Made by a program: the position numbers and the translations under genes
Source of the DNA: Chloroflexota bacterium
GTDB lineage: Bacteria; Chloroflexota; Limnocylindria; Limnocylindrales; CSP1-4
DNA: 56,210 nt
Assembly: GCA_039931975.1 (NCBI GenBank)
Contig: JBDTQW010000004.1
Location: 1 to 56,210 of the forward strand
Direction: 5' to 3'
Part shown: positions 46,583-56,210 of the stretch, piece by piece
Layout of the letters: each line of letters starts with the position of its first letter
Numbering within the stretch: position 1 is the stretch's first letter
Notes under the pieces: generated by a model
The model's database searches: none
The model's input: only the letters and a program-made list of their open reading frames with translations
Told to the model about the DNA's origin: nothing

Positions 46583-47347
46583 ATGACGGGCGACGACACA
46601 TCGCTGGCCTTGGGCGGGGTCGCCGGCGGCGTATCGACCTTCGCCGGCATCGAGCTCGTCGTCTTCGACAAGGACGGCACGCTGATCGACTTCGATCGGA
46701 TGTGGAGCGGCTGGTCCGCCGATCTCGTGCAGAAGCTGGTGATCATTGTCGGAGACCGCGCCCGGATGCCGCTCGTCCAGGCGTTGGGCCTCGATCCCTC
46801 TGACGAGCGGGTGATCCCCGGCAGTCCGCTGGCTGCCTGGCCGATGGCCCGACTTCGCGAGCTCACCGTCGCGACGCTTGTCGACGCGGGCCTGACCGAT
46901 GGTGCCGCCGAGCTGGCCGTCACCCGGTCGTGGCAGCCACCCGATCCCGTGGCGCTGGCCCACCCGCTGGCGGACCTCAAGGCGTTGTTCAGGGCTCTTC
47001 GCGGGCGGGGCATCCGGGTCGCCGTCGCCACGTCCGACGACCGGGCCCCGACCGAGGCGACCCTGGCCGGGCTCGGTGTGGCCGGGCTCGTGGACGCGCT
47101 CGTCTGCGCCGACGACGGCCTGCCGGTGAAGCCGGCATCCGACACGTTCCTCCACGTATGCACGCGCCTCGGGGTCGACCCGTCCCGGGCGGCGATGGTC
47201 GGCGACTCACTGGCCGACCTCGCGATGGGTCGGGCCGCCGGAGCCGGTCTGGTGATCGGCGTCCTATCGGGCACCGGGACGTGGGCCGAGCTCGAACCGC
47301 TGGCGGATGTCGTCCTCGGATCCGTTGCCGATCTGTCGCTGGGCTAG
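46583..47347 (+). CDS. HAD-superfamily hydrolase
   Basis: VFDKDGTL, VATSD, KP, MVGDS..D. Confidence 0.9.
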   Translation: MTGDDTSLALGGVAGGVSTFAGIELVVFDKDGTLIDFDRMWSGWSADLVQKLVIIVGDRARMPLVQALGLDPSDERVIPGSPLAAWPMARLRELTVATLVDAGLTDGAAELAVTRSWQPPDPVALAHPLADLKALFRALRGRGIRVAVATSDDRAPTEATLAGLGVAGLVDALVCADDGLPVKPASDTFLHVCTRLGVDPSRAAMVGDSLADLAMGRAAGAGLVIGVLSGTGTWAELEPLADVVLGSVADLSLG

Positions 47348-47994
47348 GCGATCCGCTCGCCGGCGGCGACCGGGATGTCCAGGCGGTTCTCGGGTGGGGC
47401 GAGCGGACACGCCCAGCGCGGGTCGAACGCGCACGACGGCTGGTAGGCGAAGTTGAAGTCGAGTACCACCGTGCCCCGGTCGGGGTCGCCGCCCAGGTCG
47501 GCGCTCTTGGCAGCGTCGAGGAGATACCGGCCGGCGCCGTACGTCTCGGTCCCGTTGGTCGCGTCGCGGAACGGGAGGAACAGGCCGCCGGCGTAGCCCT
47601 CCATCCAGAACAGCGACAGTCGCCGCTCACCGGCGGGGAAGGGGATCGACAGGCTGCCGATCCGGCGGAAGGACAGCGTGTCGGCGCCGCTGTTGGGCAG
47701 GGCCAGCGACAGTCCCTCGAGCGCCCCCACCGGCGCCGCCGGCTCGGGCTCGAGCGTGACCTCGATGCGGAGCGCCGGATCGTACGGCCAGTGCTGCGCC
47801 CGGAACGTCGGCCGGTCGGCCGCCGGCACCGGTGACAGCGGGTGGGTCTTGTAGAGCCGCTGGCGGACATCGATCCAGTGCTGCCAGGCGACCTCGGGTC
47901 GCTCCTCGGCGAACGACCGCACGTCGGCGTACAGCTCGGCGATCGTCCGCCGCCACGCCGCCAGCTGGAGCTCGGTCCCGGGGTCCGCCGCCAC
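47344..47994 (-). CDS. DUF1684 family protein
   Basis: LFLPFRDATNGTETYGAGRYL, LDFNFAYQPSCAFD..WACPLAPPENRL...AGE. Confidence 0.92.
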   Translation of the reverse strand: MAADPGTELQLAAWRRTIAELYADVRSFAEERPEVAWQHWIDVRQRLYKTHPLSPVPAADRPTFRAQHWPYDPALRIEVTLEPEPAAPVGALEGLSLALPNSGADTLSFRRIGSLSIPFPAGERRLSLFWMEGYAGGLFLPFRDATNGTETYGAGRYLLDAAKSADLGGDPDRGTVVLDFNFAYQPSCAFDPRWACPLAPPENRLDIPVAAGERIA

Positions 47995-48071
47995 GCACCG
48001 AGTATCGGCCTCGACCGGGCCGGCCGTCTACGATGGACTGGACCAAGCGGGCGATGACCGAGGAGGACGGC

Positions 48072-48920
48072 GTGGCGGGCCAGGCGGAGATCGGGGTATT
48101 CGGCGGATCGGGCTTCTACGCCCTCCTCGATGACGTTCGCGAGCTCAAGGTCGACACGCCCTACGGGCCGCCGTCCGACAGCCTGTTCCTGGCCGACGTC
48201 GGGAGCCGCAAGGTGGCATTCCTGCCACGCCACGGCCGGCGCCACACGATCCCGCCCCACCGGATCAACTACCGGGCCAACGTCTGGGCGATGAAGGCGC
48301 TGGGGGTCAAGGCGATCATCAGCCCCTGCGCGGCGGGCAGCCTCCAGGTGTCGGTCGCGCCGGGCGACTTCGTGGTCTGCGACCAGTTCGTGGACCGGAC
48401 CGGCGGCCGGGCCGACACGTTCTACGACGGGCCGATCGTGAGCCACGTCAGCGCGGCCGAGATCTACGACCCGGAGCTGCGCCGGATCGCCATCGAGGTC
48501 ATCCGCAAGCACGACATCCCGGTCCACGAGCAGGGCACCGTCGTGGTCATCCAGGGTCCGCGGTTCTCGACCAAGAGCGAGTCGAAGTGGTTCAGCGATG
48601 CCGGCTGGGAGGTCATCAACATGACCCAGTACCCGGAGGCATACCTGTGCCGCGAGCTGGGCATGGCCGTCGTCAACATCAGCCTGATCACCGACTACGA
48701 CGCCGGCGTCCACGAAGGCACGGAAGCGGTGAACGCGATGAGCGTCCTGGAGGTCTTCGAGCTGAACTCGGCACGGATCCAGAAGGTGGTCCTGGACATG
48801 ATCGAGCGCTTCCCGGCGGACCTCGATAGCCTCGGCGCGGCCGAGGTGCTCGAGTTTTCCCGAGGTGACGGGCACACGATCTCGGCCGAGGACATCCGCC
48901 TGTTCGAGACGGACCTGTAG
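48072..48920 (+). CDS. mtnP: S-methyl-5'-thioadenosine phosphorylase
   Basis: GVFGGSGFY, TPYGPPSD, PRHGRRH..PPH.INYRAN, GPRFST..ES, INMT, TDYD. GTG 48072 after GAGGAGG. Confidence 0.92.
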   Translation: MAGQAEIGVFGGSGFYALLDDVRELKVDTPYGPPSDSLFLADVGSRKVAFLPRHGRRHTIPPHRINYRANVWAMKALGVKAIISPCAAGSLQVSVAPGDFVVCDQFVDRTGGRADTFYDGPIVSHVSAAEIYDPELRRIAIEVIRKHDIPVHEQGTVVVIQGPRFSTKSESKWFSDAGWEVINMTQYPEAYLCRELGMAVVNISLITDYDAGVHEGTEAVNAMSVLEVFELNSARIQKVVLDMIERFPADLDSLGAAEVLEFSRGDGHTISAEDIRLFETDL

Positions 48921-48930
48921 GGCTGACCGG

Positions 48931-49776
48931 GTGAGCGAGCACCTGCCCATCGGGGTGTCCATCCGGTCCATCCGGGCGACGGCGGACTGGTGGCTCGAGA
49001 GCGCACGCCGGGTCGATGCCGCCGGCTACGACGGGGTCTGGTCGTGGGACCACTTCATCGGCAAGAAAGACCGGACGGTGCCCGTGGTCGAGGGCTGGAC
49101 GATCCTGACCGCAGCGGCGATGGCTACCAGCCAGGTGACCGTCGGCACGTTTGTGGCTAACGTCATGAACCGCCATCCGGCCGTCCTCGCCCGGATGGCC
49201 ACCACGCTCCAGGAGGTCAGCAAGGGCCGGCTCATCCTGGGGATCGGGATCGGCGGGGCGCCCGAAGAGCATCGCGCCCTGGGCATCCCGTTCCCGGACG
49301 GACCCGAGCGGGTCGCCCGCCTCGAGGAGGCGGTGGCGGTGCTGCGCGCCCTGTGGACCGGCGGTCCGGTCACTCGCCCCGCGTCGTTCTACCCGCTCGA
49401 GGACGCCCAGGTCAGCGTCGGCCCGCATCCGCCGCCACCGATCATCGTCGGTGGCGAGACCCGCGCCGGGGCGCGCCTCGCCGGCCGGATCGGCGACGGC
49501 TGGACCGCGTTCGACGACAACTTCGAGGCGAACCTGCCCGCCTACCTGGAGGCGCTCGAGGCGAGCGGCCGTTCGCGTGGCGATCAGCGCCTCCTCTTAG
49601 GGTCGCAGCGGGCCGGCCCGCTCGCCGGCGACGCCAAGATCAGCGTCAGCCCGTGGGTCGCGGCGCCACGCGAGACTTGGGAACGCTGGAAGGCCGCCGG
49701 CGCCGACGGCGCCATCGTCACCGCCCGGACGACCGCCGACATCGACGCGCTCGTGGCCGCCACCGACCGCTGGTAG
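48931..49776 (+). CDS. LLM-class flavin/F420-dependent oxidoreductase
   Basis: GYDGVWSWDHF, NRHPAVLARMATTL..S.GRLILGIG, IIVGG. GTG 48931. Confidence 0.88.
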   Translation: MSEHLPIGVSIRSIRATADWWLESARRVDAAGYDGVWSWDHFIGKKDRTVPVVEGWTILTAAAMATSQVTVGTFVANVMNRHPAVLARMATTLQEVSKGRLILGIGIGGAPEEHRALGIPFPDGPERVARLEEAVAVLRALWTGGPVTRPASFYPLEDAQVSVGPHPPPPIIVGGETRAGARLAGRIGDGWTAFDDNFEANLPAYLEALEASGRSRGDQRLLLGSQRAGPLAGDAKISVSPWVAAPRETWERWKAAGADGAIVTARTTADIDALVAATDRW

Positions 49777-49846
49777 CGGCCACCGACCGGCAACCAGTGC
49801 CGGACCCCGGACCGACCCCCAACGCCGTCCGTGGCACCATGGGCCG

Positions 49847-50323
49847 GTGACCCCGCCCACGCCCCTTGCCTCGACCGAGCTCACCCAGGGCTGCGTCCGC
49901 TGCGGCGCCACGGTCCCGCTCGGGACGGCGATGTGCGAAGCCTGCAATCCCCTCGGGCTCAAGCAGCCGGCCCCGTCGCAGGCCCACGGGACCGTCTTCG
50001 TGGCGATCGTGGGGGCCGTTCTGGGCCTGGCCCTGCTGGGGCGCCTGGCGCTGTCCGGGATCGGTCCGTTCAAGGGCGAGATCGGCAACATCGTGGCAGT
50101 GCCGCCCGGTCTGGCCCTGACCGTCACCGTCACCAACCTGGGCAGCGCGGCCGGCTCGACGACCTGCCGGGTGTACGACCCGAGCACGCCCGGGATCGGT
50201 CCCGAGTCCGCATTCATCGTCAGCCCCCGGATCGACCCGGGCCAGACGGTCTCGTTCTCTAAGGAGGTCCGCGGTCTCGGCGGCACGGTCCGACCGCTCG
50301 CCGTCGAGTGCACCGGCCCGTGA
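49847..50323 (+). CDS. Hypothetical membrane protein with N-terminal zinc ribbon
   Basis: CVRCG...CEAC, one TM helix, then an Ig-like C-terminus with two Cys. Confidence 0.7.
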   Translation: MTPPTPLASTELTQGCVRCGATVPLGTAMCEACNPLGLKQPAPSQAHGTVFVAIVGAVLGLALLGRLALSGIGPFKGEIGNIVAVPPGLALTVTVTNLGSAAGSTTCRVYDPSTPGIGPESAFIVSPRIDPGQTVSFSKEVRGLGGTVRPLAVECTGP

Positions 50324-50366
50324 CCGATGGCCGCTACGGGCCTGAGCTGGCCCTGGCCACCGAGAC

Positions 50367-51251
50367 CTACGCCTCGAGCCAGCGGTGGGGGCGCGATCGA
50401 AGCCGTTCGAGGCCGATCTCGTCGCAGAAGGCCAGCCATCGATCGCGCGGCGCCCCCCGCCAGCGGAGCTGATCGACCGACGTCTCGGCCAGCGGTGCAT
50501 CCGTCCGCAGCCGGGCCAGGGTCCGGTACAGCAGGGCCTCGTCCATGTGGTCCCTGAGCGTCGCGGCAAGGACCACCGCACCGCGCACTGCCACATCCCA
50601 TTCCGACGCTCGGGCCGGGATCGCCTCGAACGATCCGTACCGGAAGAGCACCGCGCCCGCCGACTTGGCGCCCCAGCCCGGCAGCCCCGGGTAGCCGTCG
50701 GCCGCGTCGCCGACGAGGGCAAGGAAGTCCGGGATCGACGCTGGCCGGACGCCCCACTTGGCGATCACCCCGGCCTCGTCGTAGGTCAGCCGGCGACGGC
50801 GGTCGAGCAGGACCACTCGTTCATCCCGCACGCACTGGGCCATGTCCTTGTCGGGGGAGCAGATGACGATGCGATCGACGGCCGGGTCGTCCACCCAGCG
50901 CTCGACGGCGGTGGCGACCGCGTCATCGGCCTCGTGAGCGACCATCGGCCAGAGCGGGATGCCGAGCGCCTCGATGGCCGCCTCGGCGATCGGGAACTGG
51001 GTCATCAGCACCGGGTCCACGCCGGCCCCGGTCTTGTAGCCGGCGTAGAGATCGTTCCGGAACGACTCGATGACCCGGTCCGTGGCCGCCGCGAGATGGG
51101 TCGCGCCCTCGTCGCGCAGGATCGACAGCAGGTTCTCGACCAGGCCCCAGGTCGCCGTCAGGTCACGCCCGTCGGAGGACAGCACGGCCGGTCGCGGCGC
51201 GTAGAACGCGCGGAAGAGCTCGTAGGTCGCGTCGACCAGGTGAAGCTGCAC
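50367..51251 (-). CDS. Stand-alone 5'-3' exonuclease/flap endonuclease (PolA N-terminal-like)
   Basis: LVDAT..FRAFY, SFRNDLYAGYK, EADD, SPDKD, LALVGDAADGYPGLPGWGAKSA (H3TH). Confidence 0.92.
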   Translation of the reverse strand: MQLHLVDATYELFRAFYAPRPAVLSSDGRDLTATWGLVENLLSILRDEGATHLAAATDRVIESFRNDLYAGYKTGAGVDPVLMTQFPIAEAAIEALGIPLWPMVAHEADDAVATAVERWVDDPAVDRIVICSPDKDMAQCVRDERVVLLDRRRRLTYDEAGVIAKWGVRPASIPDFLALVGDAADGYPGLPGWGAKSAGAVLFRYGSFEAIPARASEWDVAVRGAVVLAATLRDHMDEALLYRTLARLRTDAPLAETSVDQLRWRGAPRDRWLAFCDEIGLERLRSRPHRWLEA

Positions 51252-51266
51252 GGATCGGCCGGTGGC

Positions 51267-51935
51267 TCAGTCGGCCGGCTGCGTCCCGTGCCCGTTCGTG
51301 ACGCCGCCGACCGGCGCGATCGGACGGGTCGGATCGGCGTCGGCCGCAGGGACGCGGGTGCCGCCGTTGGCTTCTGCCCCGGCGCTCGCGGCGAGATCGC
51401 TCTCGACCAGTGTCTTGAGCCGCTCGAGATCCGCCTGGAAGATCCGCTGGAAGATCGGGCTCTGGATCATCGCGCCGAGGGTCGGCAGGACCGGCGGAAC
51501 GAGCGTTTCGGCCCAGTCGACCCGGGTCCGCCGACCGCCGTCGAGCGTGTCGAGCGTGATCAGCCCGCTGCCCTCGAAGCGGCCGTCATGGCGGATCGCG
51601 AACCGATGGGGCGGGCTGAACTCGACGACCTCGATCGGGTCGACCACCGTGATCCCCAGGATCCGCACGTCGGCCTCGGCACGTGTCCCGACGCCGACCG
51701 GATCCTGCGTGATCATCCGGACGGCCTTCATCTCGGTCATCCATTCGGGCTGGGTGGCGATGTCCGCGAGGCGACTCCAGACCGTGGTGATCGGGGCGTC
51801 GATCTCGACCCGGGTGCGGATCGGGACGCGAATCGGCCGGCCATCGTCATCGACGGTCGCGCCGCCCAGCCAGCGGTCGAGGACGACGGCGCCGGCCAGT
51901 CCGCCGACCGCGGCCACCACCACGCGCCTGATCAT
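51267..51935 (-). CDS. SRPBCC family protein with N-terminal membrane anchor
   Basis: IDAPITTVW..LAD....PEWM, GVGTR, DLERLKTLVE. Confidence 0.8.
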   Translation of the reverse strand: MIRRVVVAAVGGLAGAVVLDRWLGGATVDDDGRPIRVPIRTRVEIDAPITTVWSRLADIATQPEWMTEMKAVRMITQDPVGVGTRAEADVRILGITVVDPIEVVEFSPPHRFAIRHDGRFEGSGLITLDTLDGGRRTRVDWAETLVPPVLPTLGAMIQSPIFQRIFQADLERLKTLVESDLAASAGAEANGGTRVPAADADPTRPIAPVGGVTNGHGTQPAD

Positions 51936-52549
51936 CGCGACACCTCGGTCTCGGCCAGGATGCCGACCCCGGCCGCTGCCAGCTCTGCCAGCGCTCGTTC
52001 ACCATCGCCGGGTGCCAGGTCGACCGCCCGGATCGCGTCGCCGAGGACGGCCGTCGGATGACCCAGCCGCGTCGCGTCGAGGGCCGTCGCCTTGACGCAG
52101 TAGTCCGTCGCCAGGCCGCCGACCACGACCTGGTCTGCGCCGTGATCCCGCAGGAGGGTCTCGAGCTCGGTCGGGGACTCCGTGCCGGTCGTGGGATGGC
52201 GCATGGTGAACCCGGAGTACCCATCCTCGCCATTGGCGCCCTTGCGCACGATCGGGCCATCGACGACCAGGCCCGGATGCAGCTCGGCGCCCCACGAGCC
52301 GGCGACGCAGTGGACCGGCCAGATGCCACCGTCCTTGGCGAAGTGGGGCGTGGAGAGCGGGTGCCAGTCCTGGGTGTAGACGACCAGTGCGCCGGCCGCT
52401 CGGGCGAGGGCGATCTCGCGGTTGAGGATGGGCACGACCTCCGCGCCGCCGGCGACCCGCAACCCGCCGGCCGGGTCCGCGAAGTCGTTCTGGACGTCAA
52501 CGACGATCAGCGCCGAGGTCGGGAAGTACCGCTGGTCGGGGTCCACCAT
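51932..52549 (-). CDS. pncA: Nicotinamidase/pyrazinamidase
   Basis: [44 protein letters not shown]. Confidence 0.92.
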   Translation of the reverse strand: MVDPDQRYFPTSALIVVDVQNDFADPAGGLRVAGGAEVVPILNREIALARAAGALVVYTQDWHPLSTPHFAKDGGIWPVHCVAGSWGAELHPGLVVDGPIVRKGANGEDGYSGFTMRHPTTGTESPTELETLLRDHGADQVVVGGLATDYCVKATALDATRLGHPTAVLGDAIRAVDLAPGDGERALAELAAAGVGILAETEVSR

Positions 52550-52614
52550 CGGAGGCTACCGCACCTCGACCCCATCCGCCCGCGGATCGCGTGGAGGAGC
52601 GCCCGGGACCGCGG

Positions 52615-54225
52615 TCAGTCCCCGAAGAAGAACCGGGAGAACGGGAGCTTCCGGAACTCCGGGAAGGTCTGGGCCATCTGGAGCGAGCCGCGGTTGAGGA
52701 GGAGCACGGCCAGGCTGGCGATCGCGGCCAGCCCGATCTGGACGATCACCGGCGGCGAGACCACGGTGTTGATCGCGAACAGCCCGGCTGCCGCGACGGC
52801 GATGATCAGGTACACCCGCAGGTGTTGCCGCTCGAAGATGCTGATCCCGGTCCCGAGCCGCAGGCCGGCCTGCTTGAGCAAGTTGTGGATGACCAGGGTC
52901 AACGTCGTCCCGACCGCGGCGCCGAGCGCGCCATAGCGGGGGATGAGGTACAGGTTGAGGGCCACGTTGGTCGCTGCGGCCAGCAGGTTGATGATCACCA
53001 CGTAGCGGATGACCCCGAAGATCCGCAATGTCAGGCCGTTGAAGCCGAGCGCGGTGTTGAAGTAGTAGCCGAACGACAGCAGCGCCAGGTAGGTCGCCGA
53101 GTCCTCGTAGCGCGGCCCGTAGAGCGCCAGGGTCAGCACGTGGGCCAGGGAGAACGTGAGGGCGAACAGCGGGAACGACATCACGGCCATCCAGATCGCC
53201 GTGCGCCAGTAGAGGTCCTTCACCCCCTCCATGTCCTTGCGGGCGTACAGCCGCGCGGCGATGGGGGTGAAGAGCAGGGTGAAGCTCGAGATGACCAGGG
53301 TGTTGAGACCGGCTGCCGGTTGGACGACCCGCCAGGCACCGACTGCCTCGAGCCCGCTGAAGTGCTCGAGGATGATCGCGTCCGACGTGTTGAGGAACAC
53401 GTACACCAGGTCGGTGGTCAGCAGGGGGACGGTGAAGACCAGGATCTCGCGCGCCGGGATCTGCATCCTGGTCTGGCGGAACCGGTCGAGCAGCCCGCGC
53501 CGGCCGAGGACCTGCCACAGGATCACCGCGTACAGGACGATCCCGAACGCGCCGGCGGCGACGTAGCCGATCGCCAGGAACTCCACCCCGCTGTGGCCGA
53601 AGATCAGCAGGAGGACGACCAGCAGGCGCAGGCCGGGCCCCACGATGTACTTGCGCAGGAAGATCGAGCGCGGGCTGGCGAACACCGAAAGCAGGCCGGT
53701 CAGGGCGTCGTCGATGGCCTGGATCGGGGCAAGCAGGATCAGGATCAGCAGGAGCGGAGCCGCCTCCGCCAGGCCCATCGAGCCGGCGATCCAGCCCTGC
53801 AGCAGGTACACCCCGACCACCAGGACCGCTCCGAGGGCGATGATCGTGCCCAGGACCATCGCGATCGTGCCCATCAGCCGGCCGTAGTCCTCGTGCTCGT
53901 CGTAGATCGACATGAACCGCGAGGCGCCCCGGTCGAGGCCGAAGGTGATCAGGGTCTGGCCCAGGGCGGCGATCGACAGGGCGTAGGCGAAGGCGCCGTA
54001 GTCCTCTTTGGTCAGGTACCGGACGATCAGGATCTGGACCAGGAAGTTGACCGCCATCGAGAGCGTCCGCCCGACGAGCAGGAGGCTCGAGCCGCGGATC
54101 TGGCTGGTCGTCTCGCGGTGGGCTTTCGACGGACGGTCGGCGGTCGGTTCGGGGGTGGGTCCGATCGGGTCGGTCGCCGGCTCGTCTGGCCCGGGCGGCT
54201 CGCCCGGCGTCGCCTGTGGTCCCAC
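52615..54225 (-). CDS. Oligosaccharide flippase (Wzx/MOP family)
   Basis: RYL...DYGAF, D..IL.HF...[24 protein letters not shown], many TM segments. Start uncertain (about GTG 54225). The upstream part of the track ORF is antisense to aceE. Confidence 0.85.
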   Translation of the reverse strand: MGPQATPGEPPGPDEPATDPIGPTPEPTADRPSKAHRETTSQIRGSSLLLVGRTLSMAVNFLVQILIVRYLTKEDYGAFAYALSIAALGQTLITFGLDRGASRFMSIYDEHEDYGRLMGTIAMVLGTIIALGAVLVVGVYLLQGWIAGSMGLAEAAPLLLILILLAPIQAIDDALTGLLSVFASPRSIFLRKYIVGPGLRLLVVLLLIFGHSGVEFLAIGYVAAGAFGIVLYAVILWQVLGRRGLLDRFRQTRMQIPAREILVFTVPLLTTDLVYVFLNTSDAIILEHFSGLEAVGAWRVVQPAAGLNTLVISSFTLLFTPIAARLYARKDMEGVKDLYWRTAIWMAVMSFPLFALTFSLAHVLTLALYGPRYEDSATYLALLSFGYYFNTALGFNGLTLRIFGVIRYVVIINLLAAATNVALNLYLIPRYGALGAAVGTTLTLVIHNLLKQAGLRLGTGISIFERQHLRVYLIIAVAAAGLFAINTVVSPPVIVQIGLAAIASLAVLLLNRGSLQMAQTFPEFRKLPFSRFFFGD

Positions 54226-54480
54226 GATGTGGATTCGGCTCCCGTTCGGACGGCGGCAGGACGTGGCCCGCCGCGCGTCGAGTGGCGAGGATACAGGCTC
54301 TGCGCGCCCTTCGGCGCTGGATCCGGCACGGGCCGAGACGGGCCGCGGGGTCGGGCCGACCCCCCGATCGCGGGACGTCTCGTCCGAATTCGGATTACAG
54401 TGCGTCCGGCCGCCGCACGCCCCAGCCGGCCGCCGCACGCCCCAGCCGACAGGCCTCGCACACGAGGGAGCCGCCCGCCC

Positions 54481-56210
54481 GTGTACTTCGACGAATTCAA
54501 GCACCAGCTGCCGGACATCGACGAGGCAGAGACCGCGGAGTGGCTCGAGTCGCTCGATCAGGTGGTCCGCGACGAGGGTGAGAATCGGGCCCGGTTCCTC
54601 ATGTTCAAGCTGCTCAAGCGGGCTCGCCAGCTCCACGTCGGACTGCCGCCGCTGACCCAGACCCGTTACATCAACACGATCAGCCCCGAGCAGGAGCCGT
54701 TCTTCCCCGGTGACGAGGAGCTCGAGCTGCGGATCCGCCGGCTCGTCCGCTGGAACGCGGTCACGATGGTCCTGCGGGCCAACTCGAAGTACACAGGGAT
54801 CGGTGGCCACCTGGCCACCTATGCCTCGGCAGCCACCCTCTACGAGGTCGGCTTCAACCACTTCTTCCGGGGCAAGGACAAGGACGACGAGGCCGGTGAC
54901 CACGTCTTCTTCCAGGGTCACGCCGCCCCAGGCATCTACGCTCGGGCCTTCCTGGAGGGTCGACTCTCGGAGAGTCAGCTCGACCACTTCCGGCGCGAGG
55001 TCGTGCCGGGCGAGGGGCTCAGCTCGTACCCACATCCCCGGTTGATGCCCGACTTCTGGGAGTTCCCCACGGTGTCGATGGGGATCGGTCCGATCAGCGC
55101 TATCTACCAGGCCCGGTTCAACCGTTACCTCCACAACCGTGGCCTGAAGGACACCTCCACCTCACGGGTCTGGGCCTTCCTGGGCGACGGCGAGATGGAC
55201 GAGCCCGAGTCGATCGCAGGCCTGTCGCTGGCGGCTCGGGAGGGCCTCGACAATCTCACCTTCGTGGTCAACTGCAACCTGCAGCGCCTGGACGGCCCCG
55301 TCCGGGGCAACGGCAAGATCATCCAGGAGCTCGAAGGGCTGTTCCGCGGCGCCGGCTGGAACGTGATCAAGGTGGTCTGGGCGCGCGAATGGGACGACCT
55401 GCTGGCCCGCGACGTCGACGGCGCGCTGGTCGAGCAGATGAACGACACCCTCGACGGCGAGTTCCAGAAGTACTCGGTGGCCGGCGGGGCCTACATCCGG
55501 GAGCATTTCTTCGGACCCGACCCGCGCCTGCGCCGCCTGGTCGAGCACCTCAGCGACGACGACCTGGCCAAGCTCCGTCGTGGTGGCCACGACTACCGCA
55601 AGGTCTACGCGGCCTACCGCGCGGCAACCGAGTATGTCGGCGCGCCGACGGTGATCCTGGCCCACACGATCAAGGGCTGGACGCTGGGACCCGGGGTCGA
55701 GGCCCGGAACATCACCCACCAGGCCAAGAAGCTGTCGGAGGCCGAGCTCAAGATCTTCCGTGACCGGCTCCAGCTGCCGATCCCCGATGCCGCCTTGAAG
55801 GACGCGCCCTACTACCACCCGGGCGAAGACTCGGAGGAGGTCCGCTACCTGCGCGAGCGCCGCGCCGCCCTGGGCGGCTCCCTGCCCAAACGCGTCGTCC
55901 GGGCGAAGCTGTTCAGTGGGGTCGCCCCGGCCGTCGATGCCGAGTTCGCCGCCGGCAGCAAGCAGCCGGTCAGCACGACGATGGTCTTCGGCCGGATCCT
56001 ACGCAATCTCATCCGCGATCCCGAGCTCGGTCCGCGGATCGTCCCGATCGTTCCCGACGAGGCGCGCACGTTCGGTCTCGACCCGCTGTTCAAGGAGGTC
56101 GGGATCTATGCTGCCCTCGGCCAGCGCTACGAGCCGGTCGACTCGGAGCTGGTCCTGAGCTACCGCGAGGCGCGCGACGGCCAGGTCCTCGAGGAGGGCA
56201 TCACCGAGGC
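54481..56210 (+). CDS. aceE: Pyruvate dehydrogenase E1, homodimeric type; partial, runs off the window end
   Basis: Not in the ORF track. GTG 54481 after GAGGGAG gives [25 protein letters not shown]...[10 protein letters not shown]...FQGH...SSYPHP...FPTVSMG...[10 protein letters not shown]...[22 protein letters not shown]. Confidence 0.96.
   Translation, partial: MYFDEFKHQLPDIDEAETAEWLESLDQVVRDEGENRARFLMFKLLKRARQLHVGLPPLTQTRYINTISPEQEPFFPGDEELELRIRRLVRWNAVTMVLRANSKYTGIGGHLATYASAATLYEVGFNHFFRGKDKDDEAGDHVFFQGHAAPGIYARAFLEGRLSESQLDHFRREVVPGEGLSSYPHPRLMPDFWEFPTVSMGIGPISAIYQARFNRYLHNRGLKDTSTSRVWAFLGDGEMDEPESIAGLSLAAREGLDNLTFVVNCNLQRLDGPVRGNGKIIQELEGLFRGAGWNVIKVVWAREWDDLLARDVDGALVEQMNDTLDGEFQKYSVAGGAYIREHFFGPDPRLRRLVEHLSDDDLAKLRRGGHDYRKVYAAYRAATEYVGAPTVILAHTIKGWTLGPGVEARNITHQAKKLSEAELKIFRDRLQLPIPDAALKDAPYYHPGEDSEEVRYLRERRAALGGSLPKRVVRAKLFSGVAPAVDAEFAAGSKQPVSTTMVFGRILRNLIRDPELGPRIVPIVPDEARTFGLDPLFKEVGIYAALGQRYEPVDSELVLSYREARDGQVLEEGITE

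Noticed and set aside
1-56210. CRISPR arrays, tRNA/rRNA, prophage, defence or IS genes
   Set aside because: I saw no regularly spaced repeats or RNA-gene signatures by eye. Intergenic gaps are short and nearly all ORFs are housekeeping or transport families.

Overview
High-GC (roughly 70% by eye) bacterial chromosomal window, densely coding, with no transposase, integrase, phage genes, CRISPR array, rRNA or tRNA that I can see. Gene content and style suggest a Chloroflexota or actinobacteria-like soil/sediment organism (inference only). In order it holds: a partial CYTH gene coupled to ppk1; a DUF971-YbjQ-membrane protein operon divergent from a P-type ATPase; an ABC-2 exporter; a DNA-ligase-like protein lacking the catalytic lysine; an S9 peptidase; an unannotated 37-aa lipobox peptide with a long hairpin; deoC and an ALDH pair split by a TPP-riboswitch thiXY-like cassette; two EamA transporters; argH; a large secreted repeat protein; add; argCJBRG with tandem ARG boxes and a candidate Arg-rich leaderless uORF; trxB-methyltransferase-ABC-OsmC; an F420 cluster (LLM, cofD, cofC, cofE, LLM); a PotABCD/AfuABC-like importer plus HAD; mtnP; a 5'-3' exonuclease; pncA; an orphan flippase; and the 5' part of aceE. 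Many genes look leaderless (-10 box 6-10 nt before the start codon), and I used this to correct several starts in the ORF track. The best leads are the peptide/hairpin locus at 12.19-12.49 kb, the uORF before argC and the pseudo-ligase. All product calls come from motif recognition, not database searches.
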